A stretch of DNA of 64,000 nucleotides, taken from assembly GCA_965204115.1 (NCBI GenBank), contig OZ241963.1, forward strand, positions 306,489-370,488, written 5' to 3'. The stretch comes from Minisyncoccota bacterium. GTDB taxonomy: Bacteria; Patescibacteriota; Minisyncoccia; Phycocordibacterales; JABAAK01. The position numbers and the translations under genes were made by a program. This document shows positions 38,545-49,129 of this stretch, piece by piece. The notes under the pieces are model-generated. The model saw only the letters and a program-made list of their open reading frames with translations. It had not been told where the DNA came from and did no database searches. Every line of letters begins with the position of its first letter. Within the stretch, counting starts at the first letter, position 1.

Positions 38545-39349
38545 ATAGCATACTGAGAGGGTTTCGCACATCAACAGATACAATCTTTGCCTGCTTTTTC
38601 GGGTCGGAAAACACCTCCTCAAAGATGATGTGGAGCGCGCGTGTTGTGTCGTACAGCGCTTCACTGCTGTCAAGCCAGACACCGATACCATTTTCAAGCT
38701 TTATGTGTGCCACCCGCGTGTCCCGTCGCAGTGAAACGGTTTTAACTAAGAAACCGCCGCTTTCAAGGTAGCGTACGATTTCCGGTATTTTTTGAAAATC
38801 GGTCACCGCTGATTCATCGCCGCCAAATACCTGCTCGCCGAGGCGCAATGAATCAGCGACAACGATTGCAGTGCCGACCAGTATATCCGTTTCCATAAAT
38901 GCCACACCCTTGGTGTCGATGACGAGACACCGGGTATTGGCACAGTGCGTGCCGAACGACTCTCTCTTTTTTGCAATAATGCGCCACTTGTTTAAAAAAT
39001 CTGATTCTACCGTGATGGCATCTGCCTGTAGAAATGTTGCCCGCAAGAGATTTTCAAATTTCTGCTTATTAAAAAAATACCGTGTTTTTCCCGGCACGCC
39101 GTACTCCCGATCACTGAGTATGTTTTTTGCGTATGCGAGCATGCCGGCTTGTACTGTCTGATCCACATCAGATTCCGGCGCTATATAAATTGATCGTACT
39201 GAAGAGAACGGCAGGTGCAGCGCGATTACTGTGACAACAGTAACAATACTCCCCGTTAAGACAATACGAATAACGAGCCGAAACAGTCGCCTTGTTGACC
39301 GTCGCAAAAACCAAACCCGCACCCGACTTTTCAAACCCCTTTTCCTCAT
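38531..39349 (-). CDS. hypothetical membrane-anchored protein, possibly FtsQ/DivIB-like
   Basis: A basic N-terminus, one TM (IRIVLTGSIVTVVTVIAL) and a periplasmic-type domain. The POTRA-like assignment is only inferred. Confidence 0.35.
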   Translation of the reverse strand: MRKRGLKSRVRVWFLRRSTRRLFRLVIRIVLTGSIVTVVTVIALHLPFSSVRSIYIAPESDVDQTVQAGMLAYAKNILSDREYGVPGKTRYFFNKQKFENLLRATFLQADAITVESDFLNKWRIIAKKRESFGTHCANTRCLVIDTKGVAFMETDILVGTAIVVADSLRLGEQVFGGDESAVTDFQKIPEIVRYLESGGFLVKTVSLRRDTRVAHIKLENGIGVWLDSSEALYDTTRALHIIFEEVFSDPKKQAKIVSVDVRNPLSMLYEKK

Positions 39350-39435
39350 TACTTACAGGGTACAGCAAATCCCCGAACACTCCAATAGTGTCGGATGAAT
39401 TTTGAGATGTTGTGATCTCGGCATCTGTATGTGTG

Positions 39436-41514
39436 CTATGGTGTGGACGGCTTGCTTTCCCAGAATTCTACCCCGTGCAGACGCACTAAATCTAAGCCCG
39501 CCGCCGGTCCGGTTGTTGCCGGAAGGTGGTATCGTTCTACATAATCTTCGTCGCCGCATATGGTAGTTAGTTCGTTACCGCTGTACTGTTTCTTTGCAGA
39601 GGTTGTCGGCTCCAATAGATATATTTCATCAATATAACCATTGATGAGTGAGGTTCCGATTGCAGCCACGATTTCTTTGGTCGGGTGTTTTTCAGAAAGG
39701 TGTTTAAAGGTAACCTGCCTGCCATCCTCTATGACTGCGTCGCAAAGTATTCGCCGCTCGCTCGTTTCTCCGGTATTCTTGTGTACCGATATCGCCGTTG
39801 CAGTGTCGCCCTGTTGGACGCCGCTGAAGTACACCAACTGCCCTTCTTTGTTGATGGCAATAGGGAAATTTCTGAAATGCAGGTGGTCAGTGAGTGGTGA
39901 GGTGCCGGCTGTTGGGATGGTGGTTGGCGTGGTGTCAGTTATGCTGTCAATGACACAGAGGTCGGTACCGTCATCACATATTGAGGTGTACTTGTTCAGT
40001 CCGTTACCGTATGCGAAGATGCCGCCGCGGGCAACTGTGTCACTTCGTTTCAGCTTTGATGCTCCTTGACCGATTGACACTAAGTGTCTGCCGGTAGCAT
40101 CTTGATACCAGAGTGAGACCGTGTTATTGATAACCTGCAGCGCATCAAGAAATCTGAACAGTACCGGGCGGGTAATATCGCTCGGCGTTATGCTTATGCC
40201 ATTTTCCTTATCCGGATCAGGGTGCAGCTGTCGGCAACGATTACTTTGTGTATTGCTTGGCATATACCTAAATTCACTACATCCGCCAATAATATCAACT
40301 AAAGAGATGGAGGAACCCGCGCTGAATAGGCGAGCGGTTCTGGTTCCGGCTTTATCTCTATAGAACAGCAGTATCTGATCGTCGTCTGTCGCTATATTTC
40401 GTATTGTCTCCTTATTGGTACCGCCCGTTACGATACGATCAGCGCGAGCATCGTCAACCCTGTGCAGCGCACCGTTGTACGATCGTGTGTACAGATACCC
40501 GCCGGCAGGATGGATGGACACCACGCCTTGCGGATCATTTGCGCAAAAGCGGCAAGTTGAATATCCATCCTCACCTAACACTCGGACAACGGCATTTTGT
40601 ATATCAAGTGATTTTTTTTCTACCGGATTCCTGCTGCCAACCATGCCGGTTGCGGCCAGTGCGTCATCTATTACTGCTTCCGGAATGTGGAAGACCAGTC
40701 CGTTGTCTCCCAGTATGTACAGTCCGTCGCTGGTGAATTCAGCTGCGACTATTCCGGCACTTTCTTCACAAAAACTGTCTAAGAAAACGTTCCCCACTCT
40801 ATCCCGACACACGATGTCGGCTTCTTTTGGATTATTGGTTGGTGTCTCCCCATCCTTCTTGAGGTATTCTGCTCTTCCTGATTCATCTACTCTCGGGCCA
40901 TAGGCGAAATTGTATATGACGGCAGCGTTTTCATTTTCGGAAGTTGCGACAAAGGTGTTTAACACATTCTGGCTCGGGTCAAGTATGCGGCTGGTAATTT
41001 GTGTTTTGAATGAAACATTTTCCGTATTGTCGGCAACAGTGTACTCCGCATCAATCCGTGCCTGCACCCTAGGTTGCTTTGCCGCGTCATTTTCCAGTTC
41101 AAATGAAAGATTTGTTACTGAAACAGCGTTGTCGGTAAACGGCACCCATTTATCAGAGGTGCCGCACACCTTCGGATTCGGATCAAACAGTTTCGTTGCC
41201 CGTTTCACCTGCTTGTTCGCACTGTCGTACCATATTTTTACCTGCTTACCCAGCTGGTCTCTAAAGGTCAAACACTGACATACATTATTCACTGTTTGTC
41301 CGCACGCATAATCATGGCCGAAATAGGTTTCTCGTGACAATTCAGCAAACAAAAACCGAACAGTTTCTAACGCCACCCGCTCATCCTGTGCCCGTACCTG
41401 ATTCCCAATAAATACGGTAAAAAAACTCAGGAGGGCTGTTATTACAATACTCGCCAACCCGATAGCAACAATCAACTCAATAAGTGTAAAACCCTTTGTG
41501 GAAGAAGACCTCAT
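39436..41514 (-). CDS. large type IV pilin-like protein (prepilin N-terminus plus ~650-aa extracellular domain)
   Basis: MRSSSTKGFTLIELIVAIGLASIVITALLSF is a class III signal with a G|FTLIE prepilin peptidase site and a conserved Glu5. Confidence 0.7.
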   Translation of the reverse strand: MRSSSTKGFTLIELIVAIGLASIVITALLSFFTVFIGNQVRAQDERVALETVRFLFAELSRETYFGHDYACGQTVNNVCQCLTFRDQLGKQVKIWYDSANKQVKRATKLFDPNPKVCGTSDKWVPFTDNAVSVTNLSFELENDAAKQPRVQARIDAEYTVADNTENVSFKTQITSRILDPSQNVLNTFVATSENENAAVIYNFAYGPRVDESGRAEYLKKDGETPTNNPKEADIVCRDRVGNVFLDSFCEESAGIVAAEFTSDGLYILGDNGLVFHIPEAVIDDALAATGMVGSRNPVEKKSLDIQNAVVRVLGEDGYSTCRFCANDPQGVVSIHPAGGYLYTRSYNGALHRVDDARADRIVTGGTNKETIRNIATDDDQILLFYRDKAGTRTARLFSAGSSISLVDIIGGCSEFRYMPSNTQSNRCRQLHPDPDKENGISITPSDITRPVLFRFLDALQVINNTVSLWYQDATGRHLVSIGQGASKLKRSDTVARGGIFAYGNGLNKYTSICDDGTDLCVIDSITDTTPTTIPTAGTSPLTDHLHFRNFPIAINKEGQLVYFSGVQQGDTATAISVHKNTGETSERRILCDAVIEDGRQVTFKHLSEKHPTKEIVAAIGTSLINGYIDEIYLLEPTTSAKKQYSGNELTTICGDEDYVERYHLPATTGPAAGLDLVRLHGVEFWESKPSTP

Positions 41515-41598
41515 GCTTTTATAGTATCATCCCGCTGTGCGTTCATATGGCAGTGTATAGGTGCTGCGCATAGCGCGTGTGATGAAGGCATTTCGCGC

Positions 41599-43146
41599 TT
41601 ATTCCATTGGAGGTGTGCGGTAGGTGACCGCTTCCAGTATGTGGTCGGGGAGTATGTCCGTGCTTTCCGCTAGGTCAGCGATTGTTCTTGCGCATTTGAC
41701 GGTGCGGTGGTAGCCGCGGGGTGAGAGTAAGAGCTTTGTTGCGGCTGCCTGGAGCGTGGATACCGACTCAGGCGGCATGGTGAGGTGACTTTCAATAATA
41801 CGCGCATTGGCTTCACTGTTCAGGTGTATGTCGGTGTCAGTATATCGATGTGTTTGTGCTTCTCGCGCTTTGCGTATTGCTGTTTTAATAGCATCAGTTT
41901 GCTTGGTGTCCTGCGGCACCTGTTTTTGCTCCAACTCGTCAAACCCGCTTGCCTCTACAGAGACCCACACATCAATGCGATCAGTGATTGGTCCGGTGAG
42001 TTTCCTGCGGTATGCTGCCTTTGCGGGTGGTGAGCAGGAGCATAGCTTGTCAGTGCCGGTGTTGCCGCATGGGCAGAGGTTGAAAGCGACCGCCAGAATG
42101 CACGATGCTGGGAATCTGACTGAGCCACTTGTCCTGGTGACGGTTATGGCGTGCTCTTCAAGCGGCTCCCGCAGTGACTCAATAACGCGCCGGTCAAATT
42201 CGGGAAATTCATCTAAAAACAGCACGCCGCGATGCGCGAGCGATATTTCTCCCGGACGCAGTGTTGCGCTCCCGCCGGTAATTGACGCGTATGAGGAGGT
42301 GTGATGTGGGTTACGGAATGGAGGCGTGCTAATCGGCGCGGTAGTGCCGATGTGCGCTATGGAGTGCAGAGCGGTCACCTCAACACACTCTTCCTTGGTG
42401 AGTGGCGGCAGGACACTGATGAGTGCTTTTGCCATAAGGGTTTTGCCGGTGCCGGGCGGTCCATAGAGAGCAATATTATGTCCGCCCGCACCCGCAACGG
42501 CGAGTGCCCGCTTCACGCTCTCCTGCCCTTTTATGTGTTCAAAGCCAACTGGGCTATCTGTAGAGCTGCTGGGGGTGTATGCCGGGAGTATCGGCGCTAT
42601 AGTTGCTTCAGATTGCAGGTGTGCAATGAGTGCCTGCAATGATTCACACGGGATGATCGTTACGCCGTCAATGAGCGCTGCCTCATTAGTGTTGCTGGCA
42701 GGAATGTATACCTCTCTAAATCCGTCTTTCTTCGCATGCTGTAGGATTGGTAAAATACCCTGTGCCGGCTGTATGCTGCCGTCCAGTGCAAGCTCGCCGA
42801 CAAAGAGTTTTTTCTCCGGATTAAAATTGACCTCTTTAAGAGCCAACAGATAGGTGAGCGCTATCGGCACATCGAATAAGGTGCCGGTTTTTTTGAGGTC
42901 GCCCGGTGCCAATGATATGACAATTTTGTGATTCTGCCGCTTCGGTGCTGTAAGTCCTGAATTTTTTATAGCTGCGGATACCCGCTCTCTTGCCTCGTCA
43001 ATCGCCTTGTCCGGCAGCCCAATGATGGAAAATGTGTGCAGACCGGGGGAGATGTCCGCCTCAACCCGTACGGTCTGTGCCAACAATGATTTTCGTTGGG
43101 CACTATAGGTGTATGCATGGAGGGTGCTGTGGGTGTTCGTCTTCAC
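41599..43146 (-). CDS. comM: YifB/ComM family Mg-chelatase-like AAA+ ATPase
   Basis: A Lon-like N-terminal domain and Walker A GHNIALYGPPGTGKTLMAKAL, with a C-terminal ChlI domain. It starts with GTG. Confidence 0.85.
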   Translation of the reverse strand: MKTNTHSTLHAYTYSAQRKSLLAQTVRVEADISPGLHTFSIIGLPDKAIDEARERVSAAIKNSGLTAPKRQNHKIVISLAPGDLKKTGTLFDVPIALTYLLALKEVNFNPEKKLFVGELALDGSIQPAQGILPILQHAKKDGFREVYIPASNTNEAALIDGVTIIPCESLQALIAHLQSEATIAPILPAYTPSSSTDSPVGFEHIKGQESVKRALAVAGAGGHNIALYGPPGTGKTLMAKALISVLPPLTKEECVEVTALHSIAHIGTTAPISTPPFRNPHHTSSYASITGGSATLRPGEISLAHRGVLFLDEFPEFDRRVIESLREPLEEHAITVTRTSGSVRFPASCILAVAFNLCPCGNTGTDKLCSCSPPAKAAYRRKLTGPITDRIDVWVSVEASGFDELEQKQVPQDTKQTDAIKTAIRKAREAQTHRYTDTDIHLNSEANARIIESHLTMPPESVSTLQAAATKLLLSPRGYHRTVKCARTIADLAESTDILPDHILEAVTYRTPPME

Positions 43147-43210
43147 ACACTTATATAGTACAAGGATATTTTAAAACTGATGGTGCGGTGTGCACCATTG
43201 CACTTCTTGC

Positions 43211-45040
43211 TCACAAGGTATTTGCAGCGCGAATTCGCGCGTTTATGGACGGAATGGCCGAGGCGTCTCCGACAACGAACACTAAAATAGATCGACCGAA
43301 GAAGTAGTAGAGGATTTCTTTCTGGCTTGATGGATGTCGTACTACACGAACATCCTGATTATCAATAACACGGGATTCTGTTGTGACATTATTAACATTG
43401 ACCTGACTGAACACACCCGGAAAGACTGTGGAAAAGGCATTGATTGCATTTTTCTCCCAGTTGCGCATCCAGACAAAAGCGTCACCATACCTCCTTACCG
43501 AAGCGATGAGTATGCCGCTTGCATTGCTCTGTGTTTCATATTTTCCGACAAAGTAGTAGCTGTCAAAAGCATTTTGCAGACCGGACGGGAAGCTCAGGCG
43601 GAATGAGCGGGAGAAGTCCCGAAAGCTAATTTGTGATTCCTTTTCATTGATTACCTCGTAAGGCACATACTTCGTTACTGCATCCTGCTCACCATCTTGT
43701 TCGATGATAGATTGCCAAGTGTCCGATGGTATTATTGCCTCTGCCGTGTTCACAAACACCTGTTTTTCACTGCTTAGGATATCGGGCACCGGCAGTACAT
43801 CAGTTATTGTGTTGTCAGTAGCCGACTCTTCGGCGGGAGTCAGCGCGAGAAATAGGATAAAAAAGATAAGTCCGGCAAGGAGGAAAAAAATAATAGCGAA
43901 CAGCAGTATGTTTTGCCGCTGCAGAGGTTTGTTCGATATTTGCCCGTCGGGTGTGACAGCATATGACCGCACATCTCGAGCCCGCAATCCCATCTCTTGT
44001 AATTTTTCCTTTTTCCTTTTAAAATTCTTCCACGCATCTTTGATGGTTTCTTTTTCAACTGACTCCTGCTGTTTTTGCTGCATTACCTCCCGCTCTTTTT
44101 GTGTAAAGACATTTTCCGGGAGATTCTTACCGCGCAGACGCGCGAAGATTCCTCCCTTTTCTTTTTTCTGTTCTTCCGGCTCTTGTGCGGGCTGTTCTAT
44201 TTTCTTGTTCAGTTCGGATTGCTTTGACGATTGTTCTTGTGGTACTTCTTTTTTTGCCGCTTGGTCATGCACTGACTGCATATATGCAGCCGCGCCTGAG
44301 AGTGTGCGTGTTATATTTTTCTGATCAACGGACTGCTCATCAGTAGTGATGTCATTATCCGAAGTGGTGATATTATTATCCAATTTTACGGACTGCTCAT
44401 CAGTAGTACTATTACTATTCGCTTCTGCTGCATCACTCTGCTGCTGCTTCTGCTTTTTCTGTGTGAAGTTTTTATACTTATCCCGCAGCACCGCCGACTC
44501 TTTCATAATATCTTTAGCGTTTTGACGATACTCTTCCTGTGCCATTCTCTTCTCCTCTGTCTCTTTCGCCAGTATGGTACGCAATTCAGCACCACCCTTT
44601 GTTTGCGCGATTTGCTTTGTGTCGTGGTGGTAGGTTCGCAGCACCGGTATTATGTATTTCCCTTTCTTCTCTTTGTTCGGCGCTGTTTCTGCCGAGGTCT
44701 TTTTTGCAGATGATTTTTTGTTACTCACCTTTTTTTCCGCACCTTTTTTTCCGGAAGTATTATTCCCGCCGTCCCGCACAAACTCTCCTGCTGTATCAAC
44801 ACCAAAAGCATCAAGGGACGCAAGGTCAACATCGCCCTGACCAACACTGCCCTCGTCGGAAGCTTTTTTTTCATTCTTAGGCGCTCTGCCTTTTTGTGCC
44901 AAAGGTACCGTACCCGCGTCGCCTCTCAAAGCACCTTCTGTACTCTCTTGCGCGGTATCTTCCCCCTTGCCCCGCAAAACGGGTGCATCATTCCCTGTCT
45001 CCTTTATGTCATCAGGTCTCTTTTTTTCATCTTGTGCCAT
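43211..45040 (-). CDS. hypothetical bitopic membrane protein with a Lys/Glu-rich N-terminal region
   Basis: 609 aa: a cytoplasmic low-complexity region with TDEQSV repeats, a TM (ILLFAIIFFLLAGLIFFILFLAL) and a ~215-aa external domain. Confidence 0.45.
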   Translation of the reverse strand: MAQDEKKRPDDIKETGNDAPVLRGKGEDTAQESTEGALRGDAGTVPLAQKGRAPKNEKKASDEGSVGQGDVDLASLDAFGVDTAGEFVRDGGNNTSGKKGAEKKVSNKKSSAKKTSAETAPNKEKKGKYIIPVLRTYHHDTKQIAQTKGGAELRTILAKETEEKRMAQEEYRQNAKDIMKESAVLRDKYKNFTQKKQKQQQSDAAEANSNSTTDEQSVKLDNNITTSDNDITTDEQSVDQKNITRTLSGAAAYMQSVHDQAAKKEVPQEQSSKQSELNKKIEQPAQEPEEQKKEKGGIFARLRGKNLPENVFTQKEREVMQQKQQESVEKETIKDAWKNFKRKKEKLQEMGLRARDVRSYAVTPDGQISNKPLQRQNILLFAIIFFLLAGLIFFILFLALTPAEESATDNTITDVLPVPDILSSEKQVFVNTAEAIIPSDTWQSIIEQDGEQDAVTKYVPYEVINEKESQISFRDFSRSFRLSFPSGLQNAFDSYYFVGKYETQSNASGILIASVRRYGDAFVWMRNWEKNAINAFSTVFPGVFSQVNVNNVTTESRVIDNQDVRVVRHPSSQKEILYYFFGRSILVFVVGDASAIPSINARIRAANTL

Positions 45041-45094
45041 ACACTATATGTATGATACCGTGCGTTTGCAGAATGTGCCGGTATAAGGATGTTA

Positions 45095-47314
45095 CTATCT
45101 CCTTTCTTTTTTTCCTCTGTTTCCAAAAAATCCTCTCCCTTTTCCTCTGTTTCTGCCTCTATCGCCGTCTCTGCGTTGCCGTCTGTCGCGAGAGTGTGCA
45201 TTCGCTGGCGGAGCATCTTTGATCTTGTCATCAAAAAATGCAGGGTCTCGGTCTTTAACGCTGAGAGCAATGCGTCCGTCGGGGCGGACTTCTTTAACGA
45301 CAACCGGCACTACATCACCGGGGGAGACAACGCTGTCAACCGTGTCTATGCGTTGCGGAGAAAATTCAGAGACATGGATCATGCCATCCTTGCTGGGAGA
45401 AAGTTCTGCGAATGCGCCGAAGTCGGTGATGTTTTTGATGACTGCGTTGTCAACAGTGTCACCGACTTCAAATGTGCGGGTCATGTCGTGTATTGTCTGT
45501 ATGGCGGAGGCAACTGCCTCTTTGCTGCCACTCACTGAGACCATGCCGTCATCCTCGATATCAATGCTTTCAACGCCGGTGTCAACGCGAAGCTGCTTGA
45601 TGGTTTTGCCGCCGGTGCCGATGATCATGCCGATGTACTCAGGGTCGATGGTGATGGTTTCTATGTGTGGCGCATAGGAGGACAGCGACGCTCGTGGTTC
45701 GGGCAACTCCTGGGTTATAGTTTCTAAAATGTGGAGCCGTGCCGCCTTCCCTTTTTCTAATGCCTCGGCAAGAATGGCAGGTGAGATTCCCTCAATCTTG
45801 ACATCCATCTGTATCGCGGTGATGCCATTTTTTGTGCCGGCGACTTTGAAGTCCATAGCACCGTGATGATCTTCCGGACCCTGTATGTCGGTGAGCAGGA
45901 CATACTTGTCGCCCTGCTGCATCAAGCCGATGGCGATGCCGGCAACCGGTGCAACAATCGGTACGCCGCCGTCCATGAGCGCGAGAGTGGATGCACAGAC
46001 CGATCCCATAGAGGTTGAGCCGTTGGATGCGAAACACTCAGATACCAGCCGCATTGTGTAGGGAAAGTCGTCCGGTGACGGCAGTACATTGCGCAACGCC
46101 TTTTCGGCAAGTGCGCCGTGTCCGATTTCCCGTCGTTTCGGACTGCCGATTCGTCCGACCTCGCCGGTTGAGTACGGTGGAAAGTTATAATGATGCATAA
46201 ACCGCTCATCGGTCTCAGGGTCTTCAATAGTGTTCAGGGAGAGGGCGTCGCCCGGGCTTCCGAGTGTTAGGGCGGTGAATACATGCGTGCCGCCGCGGTA
46301 GAAGATGCCGGTGCCGTGCAGGCGGGCAGACATACGACCTGCCTGCGCATAGAGCGGTCGCACCTCATCCATCCCCCGCCCGTCAGCGCGCCGATTGTTT
46401 TCAACCGCCTCACGATGCACCAAATCATCAACCATATCTTCAAAGTAGCCGTCAACGATCTTTTTATCGTCTGTAACCCCCTTTTCCTCAAGCAACTGCC
46501 GCCACTCTTCCTGTACCGCCCCCATACTTCCTCCAGAAGAAAACATTGCCTGTTCTATTTTTGGACGAATGACGGTGTCAAAGATGCCCTTCGCCTCATC
46601 GGATAGCGCGGCGGCAGCTATTTCCTTCTTCTCCCGCCCAATTTCAGAGATCACTTCCTGCTGAAACTTTTGGAGGTCGGCGAGGATACCCATTGCCTGT
46701 TCGCTGACCTGCGTAACCTGTTCTTCCGCGACCTCTTTCCCTTCCATCTCTATCATCGTGATTTTATCCGACTTACCGCAGAGCAGAATGTGGTCGGTAA
46801 GATCCTTTGCTTCCTCAAAATTAGTGAATGGTTGCCAGCCATCTGCACCTTGTGAAAATCGCACCGCGGATACCGGTCCGTCCCACGGGATGGACGAAGT
46901 GCCGAGTGCGAGTGATGCACCGATAACGCCGAGTACATCAGGGTTGTATGAACCGAGTGATAGTACCATCGTTACAACCTGCACCTCGTTGTGCAGCGCT
47001 TTCGGGAAGAGCGGCCGTATCGTTCGATCTATGATCCGCGCGTTCAATACCGCCTCTTGCGATGGCCGCCCTTCTCGCCGCACAAATCGGCTTCCCAATA
47101 TCGCGCCGACTGAATAAAATCGCTCCTCAAACTCAACAGAGAGCGGGAAGTAGTCCTGTGATGCTTCCTGCTCTGACATTGTTGCCGACACAAACACGAC
47201 CGTATCTCCCGCCTCAACGAACACAGATCCTCCCGCATTCTCGGCGAGGTCGGTGAATGTCGCCGTTATCGTCACATCGTTAATAGTGGTAGTAAATGAA
47301 TTTTTTTGTTGCAT
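45095..47314 (-). CDS. pnp: polynucleotide phosphorylase with an Arg/Gly-rich C-terminal tail
   Basis: Two RNase PH domains, KH and S1 domains. TATACT -10 lies 9 nt upstream. Confidence 0.95.
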   Translation of the reverse strand: MQQKNSFTTTINDVTITATFTDLAENAGGSVFVEAGDTVVFVSATMSEQEASQDYFPLSVEFEERFYSVGAILGSRFVRREGRPSQEAVLNARIIDRTIRPLFPKALHNEVQVVTMVLSLGSYNPDVLGVIGASLALGTSSIPWDGPVSAVRFSQGADGWQPFTNFEEAKDLTDHILLCGKSDKITMIEMEGKEVAEEQVTQVSEQAMGILADLQKFQQEVISEIGREKKEIAAAALSDEAKGIFDTVIRPKIEQAMFSSGGSMGAVQEEWRQLLEEKGVTDDKKIVDGYFEDMVDDLVHREAVENNRRADGRGMDEVRPLYAQAGRMSARLHGTGIFYRGGTHVFTALTLGSPGDALSLNTIEDPETDERFMHHYNFPPYSTGEVGRIGSPKRREIGHGALAEKALRNVLPSPDDFPYTMRLVSECFASNGSTSMGSVCASTLALMDGGVPIVAPVAGIAIGLMQQGDKYVLLTDIQGPEDHHGAMDFKVAGTKNGITAIQMDVKIEGISPAILAEALEKGKAARLHILETITQELPEPRASLSSYAPHIETITIDPEYIGMIIGTGGKTIKQLRVDTGVESIDIEDDGMVSVSGSKEAVASAIQTIHDMTRTFEVGDTVDNAVIKNITDFGAFAELSPSKDGMIHVSEFSPQRIDTVDSVVSPGDVVPVVVKEVRPDGRIALSVKDRDPAFFDDKIKDAPPANAHSRDRRQRRDGDRGRNRGKGRGFFGNRGKKERR

Positions 47315-47332
47315 ATGTGTAATAGTATACCG

Positions 47333-47839
47333 TTAACGAGTGCGGATGAGATATTTTTTGGAGGCGCATAAATCCACAAAGTCGTCAGCTGCTTCCTGTA
47401 ACTTTTGCGAGCAGGTTTTGCTGAATGCGACCACCTCAACCTGACAGCCGAATTTTTTCACATATTCCAATGCCGGCACAAAGTCTCCGTCGCCGGAAAC
47501 CAATGCGATAACATCCAGCTTCGGGGCTAAGCTGATCATATCAACCGCAAGTCCGACATCCCAATCCGCCTTTTTTGCATTATCTTTAAAAACCTGCAGC
47601 TCCTTGCTTTTGGTTTCTATTCCCATGTTCACCAATGCTTCCAGAAAGGCCGTTTCATCGCCGGACTCGGTGTGTATGACATATGCGATCGCGCGGATAA
47701 GGGTACGGTCAACGACGATGTTTTTGACGACCGCTTCAAAGTTCACGCGGGCATTGTATAGATTTTTCGCGCTGTGGTATAGATTTTGCACATCCAAAAA
47801 AATACCAACCCGCTGATTTTTGTGTTTAATGATTACCAT
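47333..47839 (-). CDS. NYN domain (LabA/YacP-like) protein
   Basis: VGIFLDVQNLY, DVGLAVDM and LVSGDGDF motifs. Confidence 0.8.
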   Translation of the reverse strand: MVIIKHKNQRVGIFLDVQNLYHSAKNLYNARVNFEAVVKNIVVDRTLIRAIAYVIHTESGDETAFLEALVNMGIETKSKELQVFKDNAKKADWDVGLAVDMISLAPKLDVIALVSGDGDFVPALEYVKKFGCQVEVVAFSKTCSQKLQEAADDFVDLCASKKYLIRTR

Positions 47840-47987
47840 AATAAATAAAAGTAATTAAATAATAAGTACAGAGAACGCAGTTGTTACAAAAGAATACAAA
47901 TAGTTTGAAAAATAAAAACAACTCGATGCTCTCATATCGGTGATAGTATAAAACTTTTTATGATTGCTGACTGATAAAACTTTCCGC

Positions 47988-48254
47988 TTACTTTCGTAAA
48001 CCGAGCTTCTCAACAACGGTCTCGTACAGCTCAGAATTCTTCTCTCTTAGATAAGAGAGATGCTTACGCCGCCGCTCTACAAGCCGAACAAGCCCACGAC
48101 GAGAATGTTTGTCCTTGTGGTTGTTTTTCAGATGCTCGTTCAACTGCTGTATACGGTTTGATACTATAGCGACCTGCACGGCTGATGATCCGGTGTCTGA
48201 TGCGTGCATCCGCCCTGCTTCAATTTGTTTCTGCTTTTCTTCTTTTGTAAGCAT
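47988..48254 (-). CDS. rpsO: 30S ribosomal protein S15
   Basis: MLTKEEKQKQIEAGRMHASDTGSSAVQVAI...HSRRGLVRLVERRRKHLSYL. Confidence 0.9.
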   Translation of the reverse strand: MLTKEEKQKQIEAGRMHASDTGSSAVQVAIVSNRIQQLNEHLKNNHKDKHSRRGLVRLVERRRKHLSYLREKNSELYETVVEKLGLRK

Positions 48255-48291
48255 ATATATAGTATACACACTGAATGAGCGCCCTGCAATA

Positions 48292-48325
48292 GGGTAAAAG
48301 AAAAGCCGCGGCTGGAAGCCGCGGC
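48292..48325 (-). terminator. rho-independent terminator downstream of the 48336-49007 gene
   Basis: An 8-bp GC stem GCCGCGGC-TGGAA-GCCGCGGC followed on the minus strand by UUUUCUUUU. Confidence 0.65.
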
Positions 48326-48335
48326 ATACCTATCG

Positions 48336-49007
48336 TTAGTATCGGGGTGTGTCCGAAAGATCGTCAATGGACATTTTGACCTCAAACCACACTTTAGAGT
48401 CCTGTGTGGTTGTATTAGCCAGTGCCCCCAGAGTGAACCTGTAGATATTGATCTCCTTGGAGATCTTCCCCACTAAGGTGGGGTTTTCACTTGCCCAAAG
48501 ATCAACATCTATAGTGCAAGATATTGCCTCCGTTGAGAGGCCCAGCCCCATTAGGAAGTGAGATCTATCAAGGTGGTTAAAGTTATAGCCACCGATAACG
48601 CTCCCTTCTACTGTTGGGATCAATATCCTTGAGAGCCGTAACTTTGTTGACAGATCTTCCAGCCCTGCGTCTTCCTCCCCTGCGATCTGGAGATAATTTT
48701 CCATCTCCACACCCACTTCAGGAAAGTTTCTTTGGAGTAGGTTGGAAATCAGGAGGCTTTGACTTGACCCCTCACCGTCGTAGTCAATGTTGCCCACTAG
48801 ATCAACCCCTCCAGAGAATAGGGTTAAGAACGCCTCTTCCCTCACCTGAAACCCAAAACTTGTCTGCATTGACTCATCCCGTTTTTTGGTCGGGAATTGC
48901 GGATGCACAGGACTTGAGCTCGCCCTAACCCCTACACCCACTTCAGCTGCCCATACTTGGGTTCCTAAAAGGCATAACCCCACTAGTGTCGCTATTATTC
49001 GTCTCAT
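48336..49007 (-). CDS. hypothetical secreted protein
   Basis: 223 aa with a signal peptide MRRIIATLVGLCLLGTQVWA. Confidence 0.5.
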   Translation of the reverse strand: MRRIIATLVGLCLLGTQVWAAEVGVGVRASSSPVHPQFPTKKRDESMQTSFGFQVREEAFLTLFSGGVDLVGNIDYDGEGSSQSLLISNLLQRNFPEVGVEMENYLQIAGEEDAGLEDLSTKLRLSRILIPTVEGSVIGGYNFNHLDRSHFLMGLGLSTEAISCTIDVDLWASENPTLVGKISKEINIYRFTLGALANTTTQDSKVWFEVKMSIDDLSDTPRY

Positions 49008-49129
49008 CTCTCTTTCCCCCTTATGAGATCATGAGTCCATAAAAATATAACTTGTATGAATAGTACCATACAGCGTGTTTTTGGTCAAATTGACGGTCTT
49101 TTGGTGTAGTAGCGGTATATACTGATACT

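Noticed and set aside
44329-44407. 20-bp direct repeat acggactgctcatcagtagt about 59 bp apart
   Set aside because: It lies inside the 609-aa protein gene and encodes the repeated peptide TDEQSV. It is a coding repeat, not a mobile-element signature.
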